Positions 1 through 9,491 of a DNA stretch of 64,000 bases are shown here, piece after piece. Below the pieces are notes generated by a model. That model ran no database searches. It was not told the DNA's origin and saw only the letters and a program-made list of their open reading frames with translations. The DNA is taken from contig OZ242029.1 in assembly GCA_965205015.1 (NCBI GenBank), positions 1,056,001-1,120,000 on the forward strand, written 5' to 3'. The stretch comes from Candidatus Poribacteria bacterium. GTDB taxonomy: Bacteria > Poribacteria > WGA-4E > WGA-3G. Made by a program: the position numbers and the translations under genes. The first letter of the stretch is position 1; every line of letters starts with the position of its first letter.

Positions 1-2093
1 CCGTTGAACACGTCATAGTCGTAATTGTTGCGGATTTGCATCACCTTATCCCCGATGCGGAAACCGCCTGCGGTGCGAGATTGACCGGCGGGATCCGACA
101 TCGGTTTGTAAGTCCGAACGCCGAACCTCGATTTTTGTAAGGGCGAGGTGACCTCGCCCCTACGGGTCATATATTCAGGATTCAAGACCTCTTGGAGGCG
201 TTTGTTGAGACTTTCAGTGCCAAGCATCCCGCGTCGCATGGGGCATAAGAGTTGGATATCGTCTATTGGATGGTAATCATAGTGTTGTGGTAGCCGATCG
301 GCAATGAGGGAGCATACTAATTCAACAATTACCTCAGGGTCTTCCTCCTCCATGAAGAAAAAGTTCCGGTCTGTATCGCCCGTGAGTTCTGGAAAATCGC
401 CCTTATTAATGCGATGGGCATTGGTGACGATCATGCTCTCCTGCGCTTGACGGAATATTTTAGTGAGCTGGATGACGGGTATCTTATAGGAATCAATGAG
501 TTCTCTGAGAACATTGCCTGCACCGACAGAGGGCAGCTGATCGGTGTCCCCGATGAGAATGACAGTCGTTGTCGGACGGATTGCCTGCATCAAACGGTTC
601 ATCAGGACGAGGTCCACCATAGAGGTCTCATCCACAATGACGACATCTGTGTCTAAAGGGTTTTGTCGATTTCGTTTAAATCCGTTGTTTTGCGGAGAGA
701 ATTCAAGGAGCCGATGAATGGTTTTGGCTTCGCGACCGGTTGTCTCACTGAGCCGTTTCGCCGCGCGTCCGGTGGGTGCGGTCAGGGTGATGCGTCTGCC
801 TTCTGCTTCAAACAGGCGAATCATCCCCACAACAGTCGTGGTTTTGCCGGTGCCGGGTCCGCCGGTAAGGATCATGGCGGGTGTGGTCAGGGCGGTATAG
901 ATCGCCTCGCGCTGTTGCGCGGCGAAACGGATACGCATATCCGATTCCAATCGGATCAGTGCCTCGGTATCAGTCGCCTCGGTTTTTAACTTTCCGTGAT
1001 TGAGGTGTTGTCCACGACCAGATAGGAGTCTCAAAAACTGGTTTGCGACACCGAGTTCGGCGTAGTAAAAGGGGGCGAGATAGATGGCGGAGTGGTTCTC
1101 GGCTGTCGGCTCTTGGCTCTCGGTAAAGAGGTTTTCTGGTGAAGTTGAACCCTCGTGCTGATGGCTGACCGCTGATGGCTGACCGCTATCTTCCTGATTG
1201 CTGACGGCTGATGGCTGCGTGCGCATCTCGTAGTCGGTCTGCGTCTCGTCTATGCCACTCTGTTCGTCGGCATCCCGGAAATCTACAAAACTGGGATTAA
1301 TAATTTCCTCTTTTTCGACGAGGGTGGAGATCCCTTGCGCAATCGCTTCAGGCTCCTGCTCAAGCATGGTTTGGCATGCTTCAACAAGTTCGGCTCGGCG
1401 TTGGAAGACGTGCCCTTCATCTGCCTTCTGGCTGAGAACGTATTTAATCCCCGCTTGGACCCGCTGTGGGGCATCCTTATCCATGCCAAGTTTCTGTGCG
1501 ATGGTGTCTGCGGTTACAAAGCCGATACCGTAAATGTCGTCGGCGAGACGATACGGATCTTCTGTGATGATCGGAATTGCATCGCTTTCATAAGTCTTGT
1601 AAATCTTTGCGGCGTGTGCGGTGCTAACATCGTGTGATTGTAGGAAGATCATGACGTTTTTTATTTCGCGTTGCGCTTCCCACGCTTCCTTGATGATTTG
1701 CACCCGCTTCCGCCCGATACCGGGGACGCGTGCCAATTTTTCAGGCTCGTTTTCAATGACATCCATGGTATCCATACCGAACTTACGGACGATGAGGCCC
1801 GCCATCTTGGGACCAATGCCTTTGATGAGACCCGAGCCGAGATATTTTCTTAATCCGACTACGTTTGCGGGGAGGATGGTTTCATACTTCTCGATCTGGA
1901 ACTGTCTGCCGTATCTGGGGTTATCTACCCACTGCCCCTGTAGGAGCAAGCTCTCGCCTGGGTTGATAGATGCTAAATTGCCGACAACTGTGATGAGTTC
2001 GGCATGGTCGCGCGCAGAAAGTCTGCCGACTGTATAGCCGGTGTCAGGGCTTTCATAGACGATACGTTCAAGTATCCCCTGCAGCGTTTCCAT
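1..2093 (-). CDS. recD2: ATP-dependent RecD-like DNA helicase (RecD2), 3'-truncated by the window edge
   Basis: Not in the ORF track because it runs off the edge. Manual translation from ATG at 2093: METLQGILERIVYESPDTGYTV..., KYLGSGLIKGIGP (HhH), Walker A LTGGPGTGKTT, IVDETSMVD, FRIGDKVMQIRNNYDYDVFNG. Frame is consistent to position 3. Confidence 0.93.
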   Translation of the reverse strand, partial: METLQGILERIVYESPDTGYTVGRLSARDHAELITVVGNLASINPGESLLLQGQWVDNPRYGRQFQIEKYETILPANVVGLRKYLGSGLIKGIGPKMAGLIVRKFGMDTMDVIENEPEKLARVPGIGRKRVQIIKEAWEAQREIKNVMIFLQSHDVSTAHAAKIYKTYESDAIPIITEDPYRLADDIYGIGFVTADTIAQKLGMDKDAPQRVQAGIKYVLSQKADEGHVFQRRAELVEACQTMLEQEPEAIAQGISTLVEKEEIINPSFVDFRDADEQSGIDETQTDYEMRTQPSAVSNQEDSGQPSAVSHQHEGSTSPENLFTESQEPTAENHSAIYLAPFYYAELGVANQFLRLLSGRGQHLNHGKLKTEATDTEALIRLESDMRIRFAAQQREAIYTALTTPAMILTGGPGTGKTTTVVGMIRLFEAEGRRITLTAPTGRAAKRLSETTGREAKTIHRLLEFSPQNNGFKRNRQNPLDTDVVIVDETSMVDLVLMNRLMQAIRPTTTVILIGDTDQLPSVGAGNVLRELIDSYKIPVIQLTKIFRQAQESMIVTNAHRINKGDFPELTGDTDRNFFFMEEEDPEVIVELVCSLIADRLPQHYDYHPIDDIQLLCPMRRGMLGTESLNKRLQEVLNPEYMTRRGEVTSPLQKSRFGVRTYKPMSDPAGQSRTAGGFRIGDKVMQIRNNYDYDVFN
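136..163. repeat. REP-like GTAG-type palindrome translated in-frame inside recD2
   Basis: tgtaaGGGCGAGGTgACCTCGCCCctac; the minus strand reads GTAG-GGGCGAGGT..ACCTCGCCC and encodes RRGEVTSPLQ. Confidence 0.75.
1095..1220. repeat. Heptamer-type palindromic repeat element (tcagc/gctga arms) in-frame in recD2
   Basis: gctgatggctgacc x2 at 1157-1184 plus gctgacggctgatggctg, encoding QPSAVS twice. Same architecture as intergenic copies near 3441-3580, 18345-18420, 21160-21200, 62040-62135 and 62455-62565. Confidence 0.7.
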
Positions 2094-2172
2094 CTTTTAA
2101 CTTTACCTTTTAAGACAACAAACAGAGCGAACTACTCAAACAGATGCGCGACGGAGCAGGTAAACCCCACCC

Positions 2173-3408
2173 CTACACTTCAATTTCGTGCATCAACTTC
2201 CGAAAAGCGTTGAGTTGCGGGGCAATAATGTGTGAGGTATCCGTTTTGTTCTCAAGCGCTTCAACGGTTTTGAGTCCGTTCCCCGTGATGGCGAGAACCG
2301 TAGGTTCATCGGGTCGAATGTGTCCGCTCTCTATCAATTTTTTCGCGGCGGCGAGTGTAACCCCACCAGCCGTCTCCGTGAAGATACCTTCAGTGGAAGC
2401 GAGGAGCTTAATCGCGTCCACGATTTCAATATCGGTGGCGTGTTCACCGACACCGCCGGAGTTCCGGACTGTGTCAACGGCATAGATACCGTCTGCAGGG
2501 TTCCCGATAGCAAGCGATTTAGCGATTGTGTTGGGTCTGACGGGTTTTACAAAATCGCCATTCTCTTTGTATGTATTGACGATGGGTCCACACCCCTCGG
2601 CTTGGGCGACATGGATTTTAGTGTTCGGTTTATCTATTAACCCTAAAATATGGAATTCTTTTATAGCTTTGCCAATCTTTGTAATGAGAGAACCCCCGGC
2701 GGCAGGTGCGACGATATGCGCCGGTGCCTTCCAACCGAGTTGTTCGATCAATTCAAAGCAGAGGGTTTTCGAGCCTTCAGCGTAGAAAGGACGGATGTTG
2801 ATGTTAACAAATGCCCAAGGATAGACCCCACCAATTTCACTACAGAGTCGGTTGACATCGTCATAAGTGCCTGTGATACCGACAACCATCGGTCCATAAA
2901 CCAGGGAGGCGACGACCTTGCTAACTTCGAGATCCGCGGGGATGAAAATGAAGCAATTCAATTTCGCGATGGCAGCGTGTGCGGCGACAGCGTTCGCGAG
3001 GTTGCCAGTGGAGGCACAAGAAACAGTATCAAAATCGAATTCTTTTGCTTTGCTCAAAGCAACGGCTACGACTCGATCTTTGAAGGAAAAGGTCGGATGG
3101 CAGACAGTATCATCTTTGATATAGAGTTCTTTGATGCCGAGGGCGTCTCCGAGATTTTTCGCTCGGACGAGCGGTGTAAACCCGGTGTTGGTGCCATCTG
3201 TCGGTTCACCATCTACCGGCAGAAGATCGGCGTAACGCCACATACTTTCTGGACCGTTTTCTATTGAATGCCGTGAAATAGATTTTTGTATCTCTTCATA
3301 GTTATAGTCTACTTCCAGGGGCCCGAAACAGAACTCGCAAACGTGAAGAGGCTCCTTGGGATACTTCTGACCACATTCACGGCACTTGAGCCCTAATACT
3401 TTTTCCAT
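2173..3408 (-). CDS. thrC: Threonine synthase (PLP fold II, N-terminal Zn ribbon)
   Basis: CRECG..CEFC, PTFSFKDR (PLP Lys), CASTGNLA, EGIFTETAGG, ITGNGLK. Confidence 0.88.
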   Translation of the reverse strand: MEKVLGLKCRECGQKYPKEPLHVCEFCFGPLEVDYNYEEIQKSISRHSIENGPESMWRYADLLPVDGEPTDGTNTGFTPLVRAKNLGDALGIKELYIKDDTVCHPTFSFKDRVVAVALSKAKEFDFDTVSCASTGNLANAVAAHAAIAKLNCFIFIPADLEVSKVVASLVYGPMVVGITGTYDDVNRLCSEIGGVYPWAFVNINIRPFYAEGSKTLCFELIEQLGWKAPAHIVAPAAGGSLITKIGKAIKEFHILGLIDKPNTKIHVAQAEGCGPIVNTYKENGDFVKPVRPNTIAKSLAIGNPADGIYAVDTVRNSGGVGEHATDIEIVDAIKLLASTEGIFTETAGGVTLAAAKKLIESGHIRPDEPTVLAITGNGLKTVEALENKTDTSHIIAPQLNAFRKLMHEIEV

Positions 3409-3594
3409 TGTTTTTTTCCTTTTTCATTCTTTCATAATTATCGGTCTTCGGTTATCAGTTAAAGCGGGTGTTCGCTTGGGGTTTTTGCTTGGTGTCTTTG
3501 CTTGGGTATTTCTGCGGATTTCTGCGGATTTCCCCTGCAACGAAAATCTCTTCACCGACAACTGACGACTGGTAACCATCCCTCCGACAAATGA

Positions 3595-4926
3595 TTAGAT
3601 TGTCAGCTTAACGCTAAATTCGTTCTTCCCGGATTGTAAGGTAAGACGTATAAAAAGCGAACGTTCCCCTATCCATCTGACATCATCGGCGTTGGACTCG
3701 GTTAACCGTAAACCTTCGTGGTCGCCCCAGACGACTATCCCATAAGGCATTGCCCGCGTTGACTCTACTGCGATAGCGAGGTGTAGTTGGGTCCGGTGTC
3801 GCGTCGGTAAAAAGCCTATTAGGACAGGTTTATTCGCCTCGGATTGTAACACCCGTTCACCAGTATAGTTTTTGATTTCAACGGGATCCATAACACCCTC
3901 GACGAAGGTCAATTCACATGCCGCGTCGTAATAATACATTTTTAACGTAGACTTCGGTTCCGCAGTTTCCCCTTGAATCTCTGTACTTGCCCCTACAACA
4001 GCTGTCGGTTCGGTTTTCTGGCACTGTTTTATGTAATCGTCAACCATTTGAGAAAGGGGCAGCGGTTTTGTGTCTTCAATACTAACGACGTGTGCGAAAT
4101 ATGTATCCAGTCGCTCCAACCCCTCTTGTCCGAGGTGCGCAACGGTAAGCGGGTCAATATGTTCCACATACCCAAGCCAGGGACTCCACGCAGCGCTTTC
4201 TACATAGACATCATAATGCTGCTGTGCTGTTCCGTTTAAGAGTGCTGCGCGGAGATTATGTGCGTCTTCAGCAAGATGATCAGCAGTATGGTAGGGAATG
4301 CCAACAATCTTCTCAAATGATTGCGTAAGATCCGCATCAGCCGTCCCGCGTGCGACAACAGCATCAAGAGACGCTGAAGCCTCAAGCGGATAAAAACATC
4401 CAAACCCCCCGCGGTCGGAATCCCCAATTTCAGGAACATCAGAGGCGGTATCCTGAACATCTCGCTGCTTGTAGTGGTAACCCCAAAGCCCTTGGAACCC
4501 GGTCTGTTCAAGTGCCCGCAGAAAAGTATCATTCTTGAAGACTGCCCCAGCCATACTAAGTTCCGCCCAAGGCAGTATCCGTGTGAGTCTTTCCCGTTCC
4601 CTGGTTATATATGCCGGCAACTTCTCTCGCATCGTGACGAGATGCGATGCCATAACTTCTGTACTGGCACCCGGATTGGCGTTTCTTTCAGCCTCATAGT
4701 TCGTTTCCCAAATCGGTCTGATGTCGAGCATCAACAAAGGAGCGTCGCCGTTCTCTGTGTGGAATGTTGTGAGCAACTTCGCGATGACTGGCGCGGATTT
4801 GGTATCGACTGCCCATGTTATGGGTATGCGGTGCTTATGCGCAATTTCTGCTAACAGTCGGACACCCTCAAGTAGCCGCTCTCGGTCTTCCGCTATTGCT
4901 GTGCTTACCAATCCGTAACTCAGCAT
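3595..4926 (-). CDS. Hypothetical protein (possible deacetylase/glycoside-hydrolase-like barrel)
   Basis: 443-aa ORF coupled to the aldolase (2-nt gap); IPITWAVD is weakly reminiscent of NodB-like barrels. Confidence 0.6.
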   Translation of the reverse strand: MLSYGLVSTAIAEDRERLLEGVRLLAEIAHKHRIPITWAVDTKSAPVIAKLLTTFHTENGDAPLLMLDIRPIWETNYEAERNANPGASTEVMASHLVTMREKLPAYITRERERLTRILPWAELSMAGAVFKNDTFLRALEQTGFQGLWGYHYKQRDVQDTASDVPEIGDSDRGGFGCFYPLEASASLDAVVARGTADADLTQSFEKIVGIPYHTADHLAEDAHNLRAALLNGTAQQHYDVYVESAAWSPWLGYVEHIDPLTVAHLGQEGLERLDTYFAHVVSIEDTKPLPLSQMVDDYIKQCQKTEPTAVVGASTEIQGETAEPKSTLKMYYYDAACELTFVEGVMDPVEIKNYTGERVLQSEANKPVLIGFLPTRHRTQLHLAIAVESTRAMPYGIVVWGDHEGLRLTESNADDVRWIGERSLFIRLTLQSGKNEFSVKLTI

Positions 4927-4928
4927 TC

Positions 4929-5642
4929 CTATTCCAAAAAGACGGTAACGCCCAGGTCGGCATACTTTTGACGGGTGCTGGGGCTGCCGTTCCTAAAGCA
5001 GACAGCGGTTGTCGTTCCCTCTAAAGCCTTCGCGACGTATTCCACACACGCATCCACGGTCTGGAGTGCATGATTCGGGTGGCTCTCAATGCTGAATGTC
5101 AGATCCGCAGGACCAAAGGAGAGACAGTCAACACCCGGCTTCGCGAGCTGTCGCGCATGTGTGACGGCTTCTATGGACTCAATCTGCATCCAGAGGATGC
5201 CATTGGCATTCCACCAGTCGGCGTATTCAAGTCGTTCTTTGCCTTCGGAATTCACTCGGGGGGCACCGCCCCAACTCCGAAGCCCCTGCTGCGGGTAGTA
5301 GAAAGCAGCGACGGCTTCGTTTACGGTTTCGTCTAATTCGACCTGTGGCACCTCAATACCTGTGGGACCTAAATCAAGGTAGTTACCGATGAGATACGTG
5401 TTTCGGGTGTGCTTAATCCGAAAGTTGACTGGAATGCCGAGTTCATTCGCCATGTTACAGAAGGCAACAAGTCGGTCCTCGTTGTATGGAGAGTGTTGAC
5501 TATCCACGGCGACAAAATCGTAGCCGCCCTCCTCGACTTTGGCGACGAGTGCGTCGGCAGATGCTGCCATAGAGACGTTAGCGCCATAGACGAGTTCTCC
5601 GTTATGTATCCGCTGTTTCAAATTTGCTGCTGACATTGTCAT
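4929..5642 (-). CDS. HpcH/HpaI aldolase family protein
   Basis: GYDFVAVDSQHSP, LDLGPTGIEVPQV, MQIES, FGPADL. Confidence 0.85.
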   Translation of the reverse strand: MTMSAANLKQRIHNGELVYGANVSMAASADALVAKVEEGGYDFVAVDSQHSPYNEDRLVAFCNMANELGIPVNFRIKHTRNTYLIGNYLDLGPTGIEVPQVELDETVNEAVAAFYYPQQGLRSWGGAPRVNSEGKERLEYADWWNANGILWMQIESIEAVTHARQLAKPGVDCLSFGPADLTFSIESHPNHALQTVDACVEYVAKALEGTTTAVCFRNGSPSTRQKYADLGVTVFLE

Positions 5643-5790
5643 TCCTCATTTTTTAGCGCGTCTTGTAAATCAAAATCTGCTGTTAAATACTGTCCGCGGT
5701 GAAAGCCGGTTCAGTTCTACAATGGAAACGGCACAGCAGGGGCTATTCCGAAAGCAAGGCAGCGTTTCACGTCACGCCTAAACCTCTATA

Positions 5791-5819
5791 ATTATACCCC
5801 AAAAACCGTTTCCTGTCAA
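5791..5819 (-). promoter_or_regulatory. sigma70 promoter for the aldolase operon
   Basis: Minus strand TTGACA-17 bp-TATAAT, perfect consensus. Confidence 0.75.
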
Positions 5820-5861
5820 CGGATTTGTGTTTTGGATGTTTGAACGGAGGGATTCAGTACA

Positions 5862-5954
5862 GGTGCGGTTAGAAAACCGCGTCTACCAAGGAATAAGGAA
5901 AGCAATCGCGAGCACACAGAAAAATAGCAGTCGGGAATCGGAGTTCCCTCCTAC
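5862..5954. repeat. Cluster of REP-like palindromes
   Basis: ggtgcggttagaaaaccgcgtctac (near-copy at 23199-23222) and agtcgggaatcggagttccctcctac (identical 26-mer at 18311-18336). Confidence 0.8.
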
Positions 5955-6074
5955 CCGACCGGACCTGGGGAGGTGTGGCAAGAGTGAAGCTCAGGGAGGT
6001 ACACGCAATTCTCGGAATTGACAAGTTCGAATTTTCGAGGTATGATGCTGGGAAATGAGAAAATGGAGAATTGC

Positions 6075-6494
6075 ATGAAGCCTTACGAATACCTTGAACA
6101 TACAGCGGATATGGGACTGTTGGTTAGAGGAAAAAATCTGTCCGAACTTCTGAAAAACGCGGCGCAAGGCCTCTTTGAAACGATAGCGGTTGTGGATACT
6201 GTCGATGAGACAGATTCGGTCGAAATTCACCTCACGGCTGAATCTGTGGAAGACCTCTTTGTGAGATGGCTTGACGAACTCATTTTCCAACACGAAACAA
6301 AGGAAACTTTCTTTAAACGCGCCGACATCAAAGACTGTAGCGAAACGGAGGTATCAGCGACCGTTTACGGGGAACCCGCAAATTTCGATAAACACGAGGT
6401 TTATACCGAAATCAAGAGTGTCACATATCATCAGTTGCAAGTCGTGCGAAAGTGTGATGGAAGTTGGTTTGCTCAGGTTATTTTCGATCTTTGA
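6075..6494 (+). CDS. Archease
   Basis: YEYLEHTADMG N-terminus and EIKSVTYHQL...AQVIFDL C-terminus; GGAG RBS before ATG 6075. Confidence 0.92.
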   Translation: MKPYEYLEHTADMGLLVRGKNLSELLKNAAQGLFETIAVVDTVDETDSVEIHLTAESVEDLFVRWLDELIFQHETKETFFKRADIKDCSETEVSATVYGEPANFDKHEVYTEIKSVTYHQLQVVRKCDGSWFAQVIFDL

Positions 6495-6619
6495 TATAGC
6501 AATCAGTTGTCAGTAACGGGTGTAGACCGCAGTTTCAAATTGTCCCTACCGCATCTTACGGCAGCACAAGACAGGGCGAGATGACGCACAGGCGAACGGT
6601 CTCCTATGCCACAAAGCCC

Positions 6620-8542
6620 CTACGGATAAAACTGATACATCGTGGTGTTCAGAAGGATGTTCAGGAGGCTCCACGTGCTTCCCATGAGATAATCGCCGAG
6701 GACCAACCCCAGAAAGAAGGGGATGGCGCGTCGATAACTCTGGATACCGCCGTGTCGGAGGATAAGCCATTTCAATGTCAAAGCGATCAACAACGGAATC
6801 CAGAGGTCGGACATCTCTTGGTTGCTCGCCATAACATAACCGAGTGGATGCAGCGGTAGCCAAAAGAACTTGACCCGAAGGTATGTCAGCACCATCATCA
6901 CAGAAAATCCTATGCCTATGAAGATGACGCCGAGCCAGTCTGTGCTGAGCGGATACGTAATCCAGTTCGTCAACCGTCCAAAGTATTCCCTCCCGTAACC
7001 GAGTGCCCACGGTCCAAAGTATCCGGAATCCGCACCGAATTTGTAATAGAAATGTAACTGCACCCAGAGTGCGACAATCACACCGAAAATGGTGGCGATG
7101 ATAACTGTCAAGAGCATCCGGCGTTGGTTAATATTGGCGAGTTCGGCGATTTTAAAAGCCTCCAACTGATGGGGCATCTGTTGCGGACGGTAATCTCGGT
7201 TGAAAAAGCAGACGGAGAGCGCCGTTAAGTTCCGGGCACCGAGACGGTGTGTCCCCAAAATGGTGTTTAAGATGTATCGGGGGGCTTGCCAGTGGTAGGC
7301 GTGGACGAAAATGCCGGACTCAGCGCGGATGCGCGTCGTCACCAACGGCGTTATGAGGAACAGGACAGCGAAAGTGAGCGCGAGCCAGACCGCCATGCCC
7401 GCCTTGTAGAGGAGAAACGCAAATAACAGGACACCCACGACAAAACCCCAAACAGCCACTCGATACGACATCGGTTCATCGTGCTGCGCAACGGGTGGCT
7501 CTCGTCCGCGCGAGGGTAGCGCGCTTCTCAAAACGGCACTGAAATGTCGTTTGCCCGTCCACCCAAAAAAGAAACAGAGTCCTACGAATGCCCCAATCGT
7601 TTGTTCGTTGAGATACGGAAAGCGCGGAATGCTACTCCACCCGACCGCTTTTGCCAAAGCGACTTCGTTCCGATAGAGAAAATAGAAGAGGCTCGTCGAA
7701 AAGAGGACATCTAACGGCATGAGAAACATAATGCCAATGGCAAATGGGTAAAAGGCGGTGATGATGGTGCCGTAAAGACTCAAGGGTGCCTCCTGAAACG
7801 AGAAAAAACGGCGCGTCACCGGAATATGCGGGATCACTGGATAGAGATGGCTTAATCCATTGAAAAGACTGATGCCAGCAGCGATTGAAAAACCGATCCA
7901 CATCCGCTTGTTTCGGAAGAAACCGGACGTGGGATTTGTCATCGCAAGCGGGAGTTGGATAATCGGGAAGGTCAGACGTTCCCGCTGTGCCCACTGCCGA
8001 CGGAGGATCGTGTTGAGGCAGAGAAAGATGAACGCTATGACTGAAAACAGTAATACCCATGCCCCTATCACCGGTAGCCAGACCCGTAAGTGAAGTGGAC
8101 GATATAGGCTCGATTCCCCAAGGTAATAACCACGGAGGGTGTTTCTATCTGAAACCGTGAGCCATTCCGGGAGATGGTGCCAAAATAGAGTGCGCCACTC
8201 GTTCTCTTCCGTTGCAAACCAGAAACTATGTCCAAGGACAGAGAGGATCGCTTGAAAGACATCGCATCCAGCCAAGCTTGTGGCGAAACTGAGCGTTACA
8301 TACAAAAACAGCAATTCGCCCTGTCCAAGTGCAAGATTGCTTTTTAGAAGCCGGATGACACCGTTCATCAGCATCACTGCGGTGAGGATGAAAATGACAT
8401 TGGACAGCGGGACCACCCACGTCGGGAAGGTATAGCGCACGAGTTCCATCTGGATGAGGAAATAGCAGTTGATGGGTGCACTAATAGCGAAGATGGTGAT
8501 GACGCGCCATGTCAGAGCACGCTGTTGAGGGAAAGAAGTCAA
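6620..8542 (-). CDS. Polytopic membrane protein, DUF6785/DUF6784 (OPT-like putative peptide transporter)
   Basis: Many TM segments; RQW..RERLTFPIIQLP, WLPLHPLGY, PFFLGLVLGD. Confidence 0.75.
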   Translation of the reverse strand: MTSFPQQRALTWRVITIFAISAPINCYFLIQMELVRYTFPTWVVPLSNVIFILTAVMLMNGVIRLLKSNLALGQGELLFLYVTLSFATSLAGCDVFQAILSVLGHSFWFATEENEWRTLFWHHLPEWLTVSDRNTLRGYYLGESSLYRPLHLRVWLPVIGAWVLLFSVIAFIFLCLNTILRRQWAQRERLTFPIIQLPLAMTNPTSGFFRNKRMWIGFSIAAGISLFNGLSHLYPVIPHIPVTRRFFSFQEAPLSLYGTIITAFYPFAIGIMFLMPLDVLFSTSLFYFLYRNEVALAKAVGWSSIPRFPYLNEQTIGAFVGLCFFFGWTGKRHFSAVLRSALPSRGREPPVAQHDEPMSYRVAVWGFVVGVLLFAFLLYKAGMAVWLALTFAVLFLITPLVTTRIRAESGIFVHAYHWQAPRYILNTILGTHRLGARNLTALSVCFFNRDYRPQQMPHQLEAFKIAELANINQRRMLLTVIIATIFGVIVALWVQLHFYYKFGADSGYFGPWALGYGREYFGRLTNWITYPLSTDWLGVIFIGIGFSVMMVLTYLRVKFFWLPLHPLGYVMASNQEMSDLWIPLLIALTLKWLILRHGGIQSYRRAIPFFLGLVLGDYLMGSTWSLLNILLNTTMYQFYP

Positions 8543-8606
8543 TGTTAATTCGCCTCTGCGAAAAGCGTCAATCTCTGTTATCTGTCCCGGAAACAGAAAC
8601 GATTTG

Positions 8607-8888
8607 CTATAAGAAAGTTTTCACATCTTCAGGACTCGCCCCGACTGAGAGAGAAACGTGTCCCCATTCTTCGTTTGAAAGATGCTTTACTAATTCATCC
8701 CAGATAAGGCTATGTCTCTCTCTTGCCAACTTTCCATCAAACTTTCTGCTAATGATGACGATATGAATCAGGTCGTCAAAACCATCAGAGACATCGACCA
8801 GATCATTTTCGTCACAGAAGTACCCACCTTTGAGTTTATCGTAAATCTTCTGCTTTAATATTTCGCATGCCATGTATATATCCTTCAC
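8607..8888 (-). CDS. Small BolA-like / degenerate MNT-like protein, partner of the HEPN gene
   Basis: DLIHIVIISRKFDGK..ERHSLIWDEL; its start overlaps the stop of the HEPN gene. Confidence 0.55.
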   Translation of the reverse strand: MKDIYMACEILKQKIYDKLKGGYFCDENDLVDVSDGFDDLIHIVIISRKFDGKLARERHSLIWDELVKHLSNEEWGHVSLSVGASPEDVKTFL

Positions 8889-9327
8889 TAGATGTTATTG
8901 TTTATCCAGTGCATGACTTCTTCAACAGCTTCAATGAAAAAAGTTGCAGCATCACCAGTTGTTTGGCGGGTATAACGCCACTTTGGGGTCCAACGGTTGA
9001 CTAAATTAAATAAGGAAACCACATTTTGATTTTGCTGTAGACGATTATAGCCAGGGACAAGTTTAAACAGTTCTTCTAATTGATGGGTAAAAACTGTACT
9101 ACGTCCAGAGAGTATCGAACGCCGCTGGAGTTTTGCTTCTAACTCGCGCAAATTTTGGCATTCATAGATTTGCATCAACTTCGTCTTCAAGAGGCACTCC
9201 ACAGCGTAACCCGCAATGTACATTGAGCCCCGCCACCGAGAAGCCCGTAAAGAACCCTTGCATCCTCTAAGCGTTGTCGGCTAGCACTAGCCTGATCGCT
9301 TATACCATCATGCAAATCATGATTCAT
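8888..9327 (-). pseudogene. HEPN-domain protein with a 1-nt frameshift
   Basis: ATG at 9327 gives MNHDLHDGISDQASASRQRLEDARVL. One base is missing in the A-run at 9249-9251, after which RASRWRGSMYIAGYAVECLLK...THQLEEL...W.PKWRY continues in another frame. Confidence 0.75.
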
Positions 9328-9491
9328 TAACCAAACCTCATTAGGAAGTATACCACATTTTTCAACTCTGTTTCAAGGGGTATGAAACTTCACAGAGCCA
9401 CTCAGTTATCGGCTGTCAATCGTCACAGAGTTTGCAAATCTCGCCAGGAGAAAAAAAGAGAACCGTACTTACCTTTTGAAAGGATAAAGAC

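Noticed and set aside
414-2485. Plus-strand ORFs over 414-2485 and similar antisense ORFs throughout the window
   Set aside because: Shadow frames of well-supported genes on the opposite strand (recD2, thrC, etc.).
2173-3408. thrC as part of the sulfur-carrier cluster split by the island
   Set aside because: This ThrC type often neighbours MoaD-like genes, but here it is ~57 kb away on the other strand with many core genes between; no direct support.
5645-5785. Riboswitch in the aldolase leader
   Set aside because: The leader is long, but I recognise no aptamer consensus.
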